Shown here piece by piece: positions 1 through 11,958 of a stretch of 64,000 nt of DNA. The stretch's first letter is position 1, and every line of letters begins with the position of its first letter. Source of the DNA: Eledone cirrhosa (lineage: Eukaryota); NCBI GenBank assembly GCA_964016885.1, contig OZ024740.1, positions 339,512,001 through 339,576,000 of the forward strand. Reading direction: 5' to 3'. A program made the translations under genes and the position numbers. The notes beneath the pieces are model-generated. The model was given only the letters and a program-made list of their open reading frames with translations. It was not told where the DNA came from and made no database searches.

Positions 1-1029
1 TTTTAATTACAAGTACAATAAAGTAAAGAGAGAGAGAGATGAGAGAAAAAGTACAATTGATGTCAGTACTGTACTGGTACTCTATTTAATCAATCCTGGC
101 AGAATGAAAGGCTAAGTTGATTTCAGAGCACAGAAAGTCAAAATAAATACTGCAATACATTCCATCCAATGCACTAATAATTCTGCTAACTCATCTTCAA
201 ATACTCAATACTAAAAGTAGAGTATGAGTATACAATATAAATAATGGGTTCTTTTAACAGAATTCATTCTGCTGCAAGCATTCAGACCAGGCCACTAGTT
301 TAAGGATACATTTCTCTTTCCTAGCCACCAGGCTAAGAGATACTTGAAAGATTCTTTTAAGGTTGATAAACAAAATACTAGTCAAGATACAGTGGATTAA
401 CAGTCTTGTTAAAGAATCAGATGGGATACCTAGCCATATCTATTCCAGCTCTGTGCATTCTGAGTTTGAATCCTACTTGCTGTTACCAGAAAAGCTACTG
501 ACAAAAGTTTCAATTGGCAGATAGCATCAGTAATGTAAAGACCATTGGAAACAAAGTATCCTTTGTCTGATCTGATGATCACCTAAAGAGAAGAAGGATA
601 TATCTTTAGTTTCTACAGGAGTTAACATTTTAATAGATTTTTCAGTGGCAGGGGTGAGAGAAATGTCTCAAGAATGTTATGTTAAGGAATTACCATAACA
701 GATAATTATGTAGTCAACTCTTCCCCTTAACTAAACAATAAGTATGTGTGTGTGTGTGTAATTTTAACAGACAGTAGATAATAAACTGTGTAAACGACCT
801 TTACAGGCTCTCAAACTAATGATATTGATACAATTGATATCCTATTTAATCATCAGTATTTTTAAGTCTGCAGGTCGAGCATGGATAAGGGGATTGATTT
901 GCTTATTTATCTATTTATTTTTTAAATGCCATCTGTAATATTAGTGCATACGGTATTCTATGAGTAATACTTTGATCCCACTGGCCCAGTATTCCAGTCA
1001 CAATAATTTTTGAAAATATTAGGGTTGTA

Positions 1030-1350
1030 TATGAAGGCATATATAATATATTTACAAAGTTTTAAACTGTGATCATTATATGTAAAAACACCAAACGTGT
1101 TTCTGGATTTTTATCCATCACCAGTGACGTTCATTTACTTGGTATTGAGACAAGGACGCAAATGAGCATCTTCAACAGATGTTTCATATGCCAAAAAGTA
1201 TATAAGCTATAGCTTATTTTTGTCTTAATATTTTTGTCTGATGATGGATAAAAATCTAGAGACACAGGTTTAATATTCGCACAGCTGCTGAGGTATTTGT
1301 GACATGATCACAGCTGAAAACGATATATTTATTATACATGCCATCATATT
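1030..1350. mobile_element. Old diverged fold-back remnant with two decayed hammerhead motifs
   Basis: Plus CTGATGA-tggataaaaatcta-GAGAC (1238-1263) and minus CTGGTGA-tggataaaaatcca-GAAAC (1091-1124). The flanks are imperfectly inverted. Confidence 0.5.
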
Positions 1351-3054
1351 GGCATGTGCTACTGCTAATTAATACAATGCCTTGCCAGCCCAGTATTTCA
1401 TTGTCACACACTTTTGCTTACTACTGTTAATATTGTATGAATGAGCAATTGTTTTACATCATTACTTTAGTATGAATTCTTCAGTATAGCATTGCCGTGA
1501 TTTTTGTTAAGTTCATGTATGTTATCTTCCTCTTCAGGTTTAATAGGCAAATATTCTTTCAGTGATTTACTAGCTGCATAGATATTGTGGTTGCCAAAGC
1601 CAGTGCTTCTATTCTTAGGGTGCAGGCATCAGAGAGTAGCATTGTTGAACCTTAAAGAATCATAGTTTTATACAAATTTATATAATTAACTTAAATATGT
1701 AATAATTTTCTGTGGTCAATAAATAAATCACTAAACATTTTTACCACTTAGCAGCATTGAGGAAATATCTAAAGAAGTGGAGAGGGTCATATGGTGTTAT
1801 AACCTGTCACATGATTTGTTAGGTGTGAGTGCAAACTATGTAGAGGAAAAGGCAGGTTTAGAAATGTTCTTTGTGTGGTTAAAGCAAATGTTTCAAAAAC
1901 TATGTTAGCTCGCCAAACTGTAAGTTGAAATTATTTTATTTGAGAGAAGGAGCATATATTGTTAAGCTAACCTTGGGTGCTAAACATCCAGGTGCCAGCT
2001 GTGGGAACCAAACATATGGAAGGAAGTCAGAGTTCAAGAATTAAATGAACAAACAAAATTTTGATTTATCTCCAAGAAGTTACTTTTGATTTCACAGGCT
2101 GTGCCATATTTAAATGGTTTTGAACATATCTCCGTTAAAATTGAGTCTAATTCCCCAAACCAGTCCATTCTGTTTATGTTACATTCTTTAAATTACAGTA
2201 GGTTTATAATACTTAAAGAAGTAAGATATATGAGAGAAGTAATAATCTCTATCTGCATGTATGGATAAAGTATTATCGAGCTAGAGGTATGATTTATCTA
2301 CAGTAATATCTCTCTCGATCTAGTTCCCTCTCTCTCTTACTTTCTTTCATGCAATGATCAAAACTCTCAATAAAATTACATAAAAGAGGTTATTTCTTTA
2401 AAATGGGAGTTTCACTTTATTACAGATAATTTTGTAGCTTTTATTATTATATCAGCATTATTGGTAGCAAATGATGAAATATTGAAGAATCTGGCACTGG
2501 CATTCTGGAAACTCCTCTCACTAGTATTGCTTGATGCTATCTCATAAATTAACCTTTCTTTGACAGTTTCTTAACCAATATTCTGATTCAATTTCATAGA
2601 AGTTCTTCTTCATACCTTTTGATGAAGACCATTCTATATCATGCTGGTTGCATGTGCAGGCACACACATGCCCACCCATACATACACACACATATATACA
2701 TACTTATACATATTCACTTCCACCATGCATACACACAAAAACACACACTCACACATACTTATCATTTCCACATCTGCATTGAAGCATACACACATTTCCA
2801 CATGCATACATATTCACACATACTTAGACGTACTTACACTCACTGACGAATTCATACACAATCACATATACCACTAACACACATTATCATAAGCATGCAC
2901 ATAAATATATAATGTATGAGATACATGCTAAATTTTCAGATTTACAATAGACATATTTTTGATATAGTTTAAGCATGAAATACCATAATTTAATTGCATT
3001 GGCTACTACTTTTATTAATATCTATGTATGTGTGTGTATACATATGTATATATA

Positions 3055-3565
3055 CAGATAAATCTACCACTCAATGGTAGGGTCTAAACTGTATAAAGAA
3101 CTCAATGTAATCCGTATGTAGCAAAGTTTAAAATACAAAATTTTTATCAACGATATAATTCAATTGCATAGAGTCAAAATAGAAATATTAAAACAATGAA
3201 ATTAAACACAAAACTGTTAATTCATAGTAAAACACATTATTTTACGATCGTTTCTGGGGGGTAGTTCTCTGTATGTTCATTCAATTATTGATCTATGTAA
3301 AACATATTACAAAATATCATAGTGAGAAAAAAATACATACGTCTTCACTACCCGCCGTCTTCAGAAATAATGATTATTTCTGAAGACGGCGGGTAGTGAA
3401 GACGTATGTATTTTTTTCTCACTATGATATTTTGTAATATGTTTTACATAGATCAATAATTGAATGAACATACAGAGAACTACCCCCCAGAAACGATCGT
3501 AAAATAATGTGTTTTACTATGAATTAACAGTTTTGTGTTTAATTTCATTGTTTTAATATTTCTAT
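3055..3565 (-). mobile_element. Fold-back element, probable Penelope-like pseudo-LTR with inverted copy
   Basis: Perfect palindrome 3179-3371 / 3373-3565 (193-bp arms, 1-nt spacer) with a hammerhead motif in each arm, TA-flanked. Confidence 0.7.
3373..3508 (+). ncRNA. Type I hammerhead ribozyme motif with very long stem II (mirror copy 3236-3371 minus)
   Basis: attattt-CTGAAGA-[c ggcgggtagt...actacccccc a]-GAAAC-gatc-GTA-aaataat. Stem I is 7 bp and perfect, and the stem III loop is palindromic. Confidence 0.75.
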
Positions 3566-3568
3566 ATA

Positions 3569-3726
3569 TCATCATCATCATCATCATCATCGTTTAACGT
3601 CCATCTTCCACGCTTGCATGGGTTTGGACGGGAGTTTTCCCACTTGAGGCAAGAGTGGTTGTCTTGCTCGCATAGGACTGTCTGGCAGGTTTTCTACGGC
3701 TGGATGCCCTTCCTAACACCAACCAC
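3569..3726 (-). mobile_element. RTE family B 3'-end fragment
   Basis: Matches the terminal ~150 nt of 12384-13435. Confidence 0.8.
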
Positions 3727-3727
3727 G

Positions 3728-3779
<52 letters not shown>

Positions 3780-4451
3780 ATCCTGATTTCAGTGCCAAGC
3801 AGTTTTGACTTGTGTGTTATACACACATACACACATATATATATATCATCATCACCATTTGACGTCCATTTTTCCATGCTAGTATGGGTGAACAGGTTGT
3901 CATAGTCCAAGACTTGACAGGTCAGAAAGAGCTCATCTTCATACATTCCATATCTGGCATGGTGTCTATGGCTAGATGCTCTTCATTAGACAACTACTTT
4001 ACAGGTTGTACTCATTGCATTTTATAATGGTACCAGCACAACCACTTTACAGAGTTGACTGCATAAATCTGTTTTATAATTTGTTTAAATAACTAAAAAT
4101 TTCAAAGATTTTTGCTGAAATATCTAAAATAACTAAAATGAGAAAATATGCTTAGATTGAATTATGAAGGACGGTATTATATGAACATTTTAAAATGGGA
4201 TGATCTTGGGTGGGTAGGACTAATGATGGTCTTGGGTGGGCCTAAGGATAGTCTTGGGTGGGGTTAGAGTTGGTTTTGGGTGTTTCAGTAGATGGTTTTG
4301 TGTAGATTGGTATCAAAATTTTTAAGCAAGCAACAAAGCTTCAAGCTGCCAGTAATGTGTTATTCTGGCACCATGTCAGTTTGTCACATTGTCATTTTAT
4401 TATATTGTTTAGCTTTATGACTACAGTGGGCTACTGTGTGTGTGTGTGTGT

Positions 4452-4487
<36 letters not shown>

Positions 4488-4490
4488 TAT

Positions 4491-5168
4491 TCTAAAATAA
4501 ATAGAGAATTTTTTGTCTGAACTTACTTCAATTGAAACGCTCAGTGTTAAATATATTTGTAACATAATATTTTCTCAGCAGATAGACATAGGCCATAGAA
4601 AATCAATTTTTCAGTCAAAATATCATTGACAGATAATTCCATGATCTTTTCCTCTCTGCAGTAATTCCTCCTTTATTTTACTTTTATTCATATTGTCATA
4701 TGTACCAATCCATTAATTAATTTTTTTTATTTAAATTCAAATTTCTTTCATTGTCCATTTATTTTATAGTTTTCTATAAAATAAATATCTTATAGAAAAC
4801 ATTCTATAAAATAAAATTAAAAAACAACACTATCTTGGGTTAGCTTTCTAACAATATATATATTCTATTGATTCTTTCCTGTTTCAAAAGCCATGCTGAA
4901 AAGTAGCTACCTCCACCAATAATATTTCAAACAACCAGAATTGTAGTCTTCTAAATTTTATTACTATTGATGCAACTATGCTTATTGTTAGCAAACTCAA
5001 CCAAACAGTAATAAAATCTGCAGAAATTACACTACAACTATAATAAATACTAGCCAAGATAATTTTCTCCTGTTTTCAGTGATATTCTCTGGCAATGGCC
5101 GACTTTTAAATGATCCATTTGTGTTTATTGATTAAATTTTCAATTGCAGTAATATTTCTTCAGTCTGC
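4491..5168. repeat. Local duplication, copy 1 (copy 2 at 13527-14183)
   Basis: Direct repeat of non-TE-looking sequence with a nearly identical centre and diverged edges. Confidence 0.9.
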
Positions 5169-5401
5169 CGAACACACACACACATGCACACACGTGCAGA
5201 CACACATATATATATGTAATTTTGTGTAGGTAGGGAATAGCTTTTCTTTCAAACATGTTATATCAAAGACACAACTGTGTTAAAGTTTTATGTTTTTTTT
5301 AAAAGATATTTCATATTTCCTTATTAGTTCTTCATGTTTGGTTTGGAAAAATAGTATTTCTAAATCTATTAGCCTGTGATTGTTTTGAGGCCTTCACAGA
5401 C

Positions 5402-6720
5402 TCATCATTATCATCATTGTTTAATGTCCATTTTCCATTATAGCATGGGTTAGACGGATCTTCTAAATAAATGTGTTGGTAGTAATAAAGTGTTGTTCAC
5501 ACAGTGGCAATTGGAGGCAAAGAATGGTAGGAGTACTGGCAAAATTTTCAGAACCAGATTTAAAAAATATGTTCAGTGGTTACATTTACTTGTATAATTT
5601 GGTATGGCTTGGTTTCTACAGCTGGATGCCTTTCATAGCACCAACCACTTTACATAATATACTAGAAGCATGGCTTCTATGGCTGGGCGCCCATCCTAAC
5701 ACCAACCACTTTACAGCATGTACTGGGAGCTTTTTGTAATAACTCCGGCTCTACCAACTTTCTGGGTGGATTGGGTGTTTTTCACTGTGGCACCAGCACT
5801 ACGACTTTACAGGGTGTACTGGATGATTTTCTCATGACACCAGCACAACCTCATTTCGACACTAGCGTACTCAGTGTTTTTGGTCTGGCTGGGGAAGCAC
5901 TAATGGGGGTTGGGACTGGTTGTGGGTCTTTACTGACATTGCACAGCAGGAGTGGGGATTGTTTTATATAGAAATGGCCTTGAAGCAAATGTATGGTGTC
6001 TGACATCATGGAGTGTGCCTGGCTTCCTTTGATGGCTTATATGCTTGTGTGAATGAGGCATTATATACTACATGCAGTGAGGAGGTGTCAGATCATTTTG
6101 TAGTGTAAGTAGTGGGGGAAGGTAGGAAGGAGGAGCAAATGTTTGGCCATAGGTTCAGCTTGCTAAAAGGGAGAAAAAGTGAGAGCTATCAGCATCAGAC
6201 AGTACAGTGAAGGAGCAGCCACCTTTGGGTGGGAGTCAAGTACATGAGCAGGGTGGGGAGACTAGGTGGAGGTGATCAAATTTGCAAGTGGAAAAGACTA
6301 GGTGAGGGGAATAGTTAGTGAGGAAGAGGATAATGGGAGGGGCAGCTTAAGTGTTACATCTTTTTACCTTTCATCCACCCTGTAAGTCTTCTGTAGTATG
6401 TCATATAACCAACCATCTTGATCCTGTTATAGATCATCTCTTCTGTGAGGTCCAACTTTTTAAGGTCAGCCTTTACGTCACCATCCCATATTTTCCCATC
6501 ACATTACCTATGCTGTTTTCTATTCAACCTCCTACATCATACAAACAACCAGCTTGTAGCTACCACTGTCACCTTTCTTCCCATACCATCCTCTCACTAT
6601 TTTCCTCTTCACACTCAAATCATACTCTCTCCTCTTTTGCACATCACACCACTTCTAATCACCCACTATGTTACATTTTCATTGATGATATGGAAAATGC
6701 TTAGAGTGGAAAGATCTCTT
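5402..6720 (-). mobile_element. Old, decayed RTE-type 3' fragment
   Basis: Tail motif at 5402-5460 and gctggatgcc blocks. The minus strand near 6430-6600 gives RTE C-terminal-like residues (WYG..., VKADLKKLDLTEEMI). Confidence 0.55.
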
Positions 6721-7062
6721 TAGCTTTGTAACAGACAAGACAATCTCATTGATTTAACTGTCATAATAAAATGTGTCCAGATAAAATGTAAACAATGTTA
6801 TGTAGAGGACACTTTAGTCATCTCAAAGACTTGACAATTTTTTAGTGCTGGTATTTTGATAATATGTACCCAGTACAATTTCTAAAGAGGTTGGGATTAC
6901 GAAACATCTAAACCCTGTAAAACTTGGAATATGCAAGTAAGGCATGCTTCTCTGACATTTTCTAAAAGAGCAGTAACACCAAATATGAACTGACTTGGAA
7001 TGTAACAACACATCCAACCCATGCTAGCATGGAAGGCAAACCTAAAAAGATAATGATGTTGA

Positions 7063-7111
<49 letters not shown>

Positions 7112-7196
7112 TGCATACAGACACACAAACATATATAAATATGCATACATATATATATGTATGTATATACATATGTATGTATGTACATACATATGT

Positions 7197-7538
7197 ATGT
7201 ATATACATATATGTAAGTATCATCATCATTTTACGTACATTTTTCCCTGCTTGCAAGGGTGGGACGGGAATTGATTCTGGCTTGATTTCTACAGCTGGAT
7301 GCCCTTCCTAACACCAACCTCATTTACAGTTATAGCTGGGTGCTTTTTTTCCATGGCACTCCCATGACCACTTTGCAGTGGAATGATAGGAACCCCAGTC
7401 CCTATCATCTCATTTCTACAGCTGAGTAAACTGGAGCAATGTGAAATAAAGTGTCTTGCTCAAGGAAACAACACATCACCCCGTCTGAGAATTGAACTCA
7501 CAACCTTTCGATTGCAAGGCCAATGCTCTAACCACTAA

Positions 7539-7580
<42 letters not shown>

Positions 7581-7596
7581 CTAAGAACATAGATTT
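7197..7596. repeat. Left copy of ~400-bp direct repeat (putative target-site duplication)
   Basis: By eye identical to 11998-12401 except for 4 nt of (TA)n length. Runs atgtatatacatatatgtaag...actaagaacatagattt. Confidence 0.9.
7219..7539 (-). mobile_element. tRNA-derived SINE with RTE-type 3' tail (inside left repeat)
   Basis: Minus strand: cttagtggttagagc (A box, clipped), gagttcaattctc (B box), central ccttgagcaagacacttt block, tail ggtgttaggaagggcatccagc...(gat)n. Confidence 0.85.
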
Positions 7597-7788
7597 GAAA
7601 GTCAACAGTTGACATAATCTGGTAATCTTGTATCAGTAATGACGGTAATATATATATATATATGTGTGTGTGTGCGTGTAAGTGAGTAGAGTAGCGTGTG
7701 TGTGTGTTTGTTGTGTGTGTGAGTGTTGCTGTGTGCACGCATATGTATGCGTGTGTGTGTATGTCGTACGTATAAGTGTCAATAAGTA

Positions 7789-7824
<36 letters not shown>

Positions 7825-8125
7825 GCGGGGACATAGAAATAATCGGGCTGGATGCCCGATCGCGCAGTTAAACCACTGGGAGTGAAGAACCCCTAGCCCA
7901 TGTCAGGGTATTCTTCTAGGAGAAGGCATCTCAGGAAACTGGGTTAACTCCGATATAAAACCTGCGGCTCAGTAGTTACCGATGATGTTGATCTTTTCTT
8001 CTTTTCGGGTTATAGCTACTGTCGCTCAGAGAGTGGGATTGGTTCAGTGCACAGTCTTTCCTCACTTTAAAAATATTCGTCACGCACAGGCATTGCACGA
8101 GTGCATTAATAATTATTAATAGTGT

Positions 8126-8160
<35 letters not shown>

Positions 8161-8165
8161 TATTA

Positions 8166-8205
<40 letters not shown>

Positions 8206-11200
8206 CCCCAATTCAATGATGTTCCAGAACAATGTAAACGAGATAATTGCCAATTTGGGTTCTGGAACAAAAAAGATCATTGGCAATAAGGGCAGGGGCC
8301 CCAAGTTATCACAACCTGGGCCCGCCCGTCATCGTGCCATTGTAATAGAGCCAAACAGGGCATTTAGTCTTGGCTGCTGGAACGTACGGACGCTGCTTGA
8401 CAGGGATTCTTTGGAGCGTCCTGAACGAAGGACCGCTCTTGTTGCGAAGGAGCTTCGACGTTACGATCTTGACATCGTGGCTTTGTCTGAGACGAGGTTA
8501 GCTGGGGATGGTCATCTTACGGAATTTTGTGGAGAATATACATTCTTCTGGAAAGGAAGAGATGAAGGAACCAGAAGAGAGGCTGGGGTAGGATTTGCTG
8601 TTAAGACTGTACTGGTGAATAAATTGGAAGAATTCCCAGTGGGGATTAGTGAGCGTCTTATGTCCATGAGAGTTCCGCTGGACAAGGGAAGATATGCTAC
8701 CCTGGTGAGTGTGTATGCTCCAACTATGAATTCTGTCGATGAAGAAAAACTGTCCTTTTACCATGCCTTGAAAGGTGTTTTAAGAAATATCCCTCAGGCA
8801 GACAAAGTCATCGTGCTTGGTGACTTTAATGCTAGAGTGGGTAGGGATTTTAACACATGGAATGTAATCGGAAGGCATGGGGTGGGAAAGTGTAACAGCA
8901 ATGGTATGCTCTTGCTGCAGATGTGTGAGGAGCTGGATCTGTGTGTTACCAGCACCATGTTCCAACAAAAGAACAAATTCAAGACCACATGGATGCATCC
9001 TGCATCTAAGGAATGGCATCTTTTGGACTACGTCCTAGTCAGGATGCGTGACAGACAGGATGTGCGGTGTGTTCGTGTTCTTCGTGGAGCTGAGTGCTGG
9101 ACGGACCACCGCCTGGTACGCGCAAAAGTGAATCTAATCACCAAACGTAAAATCCGGGCTCCTGGTGTTACCCTGCCCAAAAGATTGAATGCTGCTCGTC
9201 TTAAGGATAAAAATGTGAAGAGGACATTGGAAGAAGAGATGCAGGCTGCAGATCTTGGTGAGGATTGGCCGACCCTTAAAAAGTCGGTTTATGATGTAGG
9301 CAGACGTGTTCTGGGATTGGTGCAGAGAAAACATCAGGACTGGTTTGATGAGAAAGATGTGCATATAGATGACTTGTTGGCTGATAAGAGGCGCGCTCTG
9401 TCACGCTACTTGACGGCAAGACCACAGGAGAGGAATACGTTGCATGAGGAGCTCAGGGATGTAAAATCACGTGTTAGGCGGAGTCTTTCTCAGATGAAGG
9501 ATCAGTGGTGGAGTGAGAAGGCTGGTGAGGTACAAACTGCGTCTGATTGCAATAACACAAAGCTGTTGTACAGTCTCTTGCGTGAGGTTTATGGACCGTC
9601 TTCTTCTCTGGTGACACCGATTCGCAGCAGGGATGGCAAAGAACTTCTTCGTGACTCACAGGGAATTCTACGAAGGTGGCGGGAGCACTTTGATGATCTT
9701 TTGAATCAGCCGTCTGTCGTCGGTGAAGATTTCCTCAATCTCATTCCGGAAAGTCCTGTGAAAGTAGCTCTCGCAGAGCCTCCGACACTTGTGGAGGTTG
9801 CAGTGGCTATTTCGAAGCTGAACAGTGGAAGATCTCCAGGTATGGATGGCATACATGCTGAGCTCCTACAATATGGTGGTGAGAGACTCCTGCAACATCT
9901 TCACTCTCTGTTTGGAGGGATATGGGCTAATGAATCCGTGCCTGAGGACTGGAGAGATGCAGTAATGGTGGTCTTGTACAAGGGAAAGGGTAACAGGAAT
10001 GATTGTGGGAACTACAGAGGTATATCATTGCTTTCTGTCGTGGGGAAAGTTTTATGTAGGGTGCTTCTGGACCGTCTGCTGACACACATTGCAGATTGTG
10101 TCCTTCCTGAAAGTCAATCTGGTTTTCGTGTTGGACGCGGCACTACTGATATGATCTTCTCAGCTAGACAGCTCCAGGAGAAGTGCATTGAACAGGGCTT
10201 GGATCTGTATCAGGTTTTTGTCGATCTGACAAAGGCTTTCGATACTGTCAACAGAGATGCATTATGGAAGGTTCTCCAGAAACTTGGTTGCCCTGATAAG
10301 TTCCTTGCTTTAGTTAGGTCTTTCCATGACGACATGAAGGCTTGGGTTAATGTCGGAGGTAACATGTCGGAGCCTATCTCAGTAAAAAATGGAGTGAAAC
10401 AGGGGGATATTCCAGCACCGACCCTGTTTGCCATATACTTTGCAATGGTTTTCTGTATTGCATTCAGGAATTGCGAGCATGGTGTTTACATCCGATATCG
10501 GACCTCAGGCAGCATATTTAACATCAGGCGCTTTGCTGCGAAGACAAAGGTATTTACATCAGTCATAAGAGACCTCTTGTATGCAGATGATTGCGATCTT
10601 GTAGCGCACACAGAGAGTGATATGCAGCACATTTTGAATGTATTTTCTGACGCTTGCACTGCCCTGGGTTTGACTGTCAGTCTCAAGAAAACCGTCGTCA
10701 TGTACCAACCTGCACCTGGTAGGCAGTACACTGAACCAAACATCTATGTGTATGGCAAACGACTTGGAGTGGTTGATCAGTTTGTCTACCTGGGAAGCAC
10801 TGTCAATCGATACGGCAACCTTGACAGTGAAATCTCACTTAGGATTAGGAAAGCAAGTGATGCTTTCGGAAAGCTAGAAAGGCGACTCTGGGGTCGGCGA
10901 GACATATGCAGGAGGACAAAGGTAAGGGTGTACAGGGCATGTGTACTCTCTTGTCTTCTTTATGCCTGCGAGACCTGGGTCACATATCGACGCCACCTTA
11001 AGCAATTGGAGCGTTTCCATCAGATGTGTCTCAGACGGATACATGGCGTTCGCTGGAGGGACCACATCAGTGATGTCGAGATTTTGGAAAGCTCTATGTG
11101 TGACAGTATAGAAGCTCTTGTGCTTAAGCAGCGACTCCGTTGGAGTGGTCACCTTGCCAGGATGAAGGATTCTAGAATACCAAAACAACTCTTCTATGGA

Positions 11201-11769
11201 GAGTTGGTTAAAGGAAAACGACCGCCACATAAACCAAAAAAGAGGTATAAGGATTCCTTGAAGGCCTCTCTGAAAGACGCTAACATCTCTGCTGATACAT
11301 GGGAAAATATTGCTGCTGATCGTAATAAATGGAGAAAGACTGTATATGAGGGAAAAGTTGCCTTTGAGGCATCTCGAATCGCACACGAGAAAGTAAAGCG
11401 GGACGTGAGGAAGGGTATTGCTGTTGCACTTCCAGACGGCGAGGGTCCTCCTATGTTTCTGACATGCAGCGTCTGTGCGAGACTCTGCCTAAGCAAAGCT
11501 GGACTCGAAAGTCATCTTCGCAGTCATAAAGTAAGACCAGTGGTTGACTACCAGGCTGCTGTTGGAGATGCTACTCATCATGCTTGCCAAACATGTGGTA
11601 GAGAATGTAAATCAGCAGGAGGACTCAAGCGACATGCAAAAGTACACGAACTCCAACCACAGCCGACTATTCCCAGTAAATGTTTTGGTTGCCGACTCTG
11701 TGCAAGACATTTTGGATCATTGGCTGGGCTAAAAAGCCACATTCGATCGCAGCACTGTTAGTTGCTATC

Positions 11770-11807
<38 letters not shown>

Positions 11808-11886
11808 GCTTATGTGCGTGCGTGTGTGTGTATATATATATGAATATGTATATTATTATTGTTGTTGTCGTTATTATTATTATTGC

Positions 11887-11958
<72 letters not shown>

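Noticed and set aside
7597-7650. HDV-like ribozyme at the LINE 5' end
   Set aside because: Only a small palindrome (gtcaac-a-gttgac) is visible and the double-pseudoknot could not be fitted.
7845-7857. gctggatgccc in the RTE-A 5' UTR complementary to the SINE/RTE-B tail motif gggcatccagc
   Set aside because: Only 11 nt and it is part of a local hairpin. Chance cannot be excluded.
8498-11496. Antisense ORFs within the LINE
   Set aside because: Shadow ORFs of a GC-richer coding region with no motifs.
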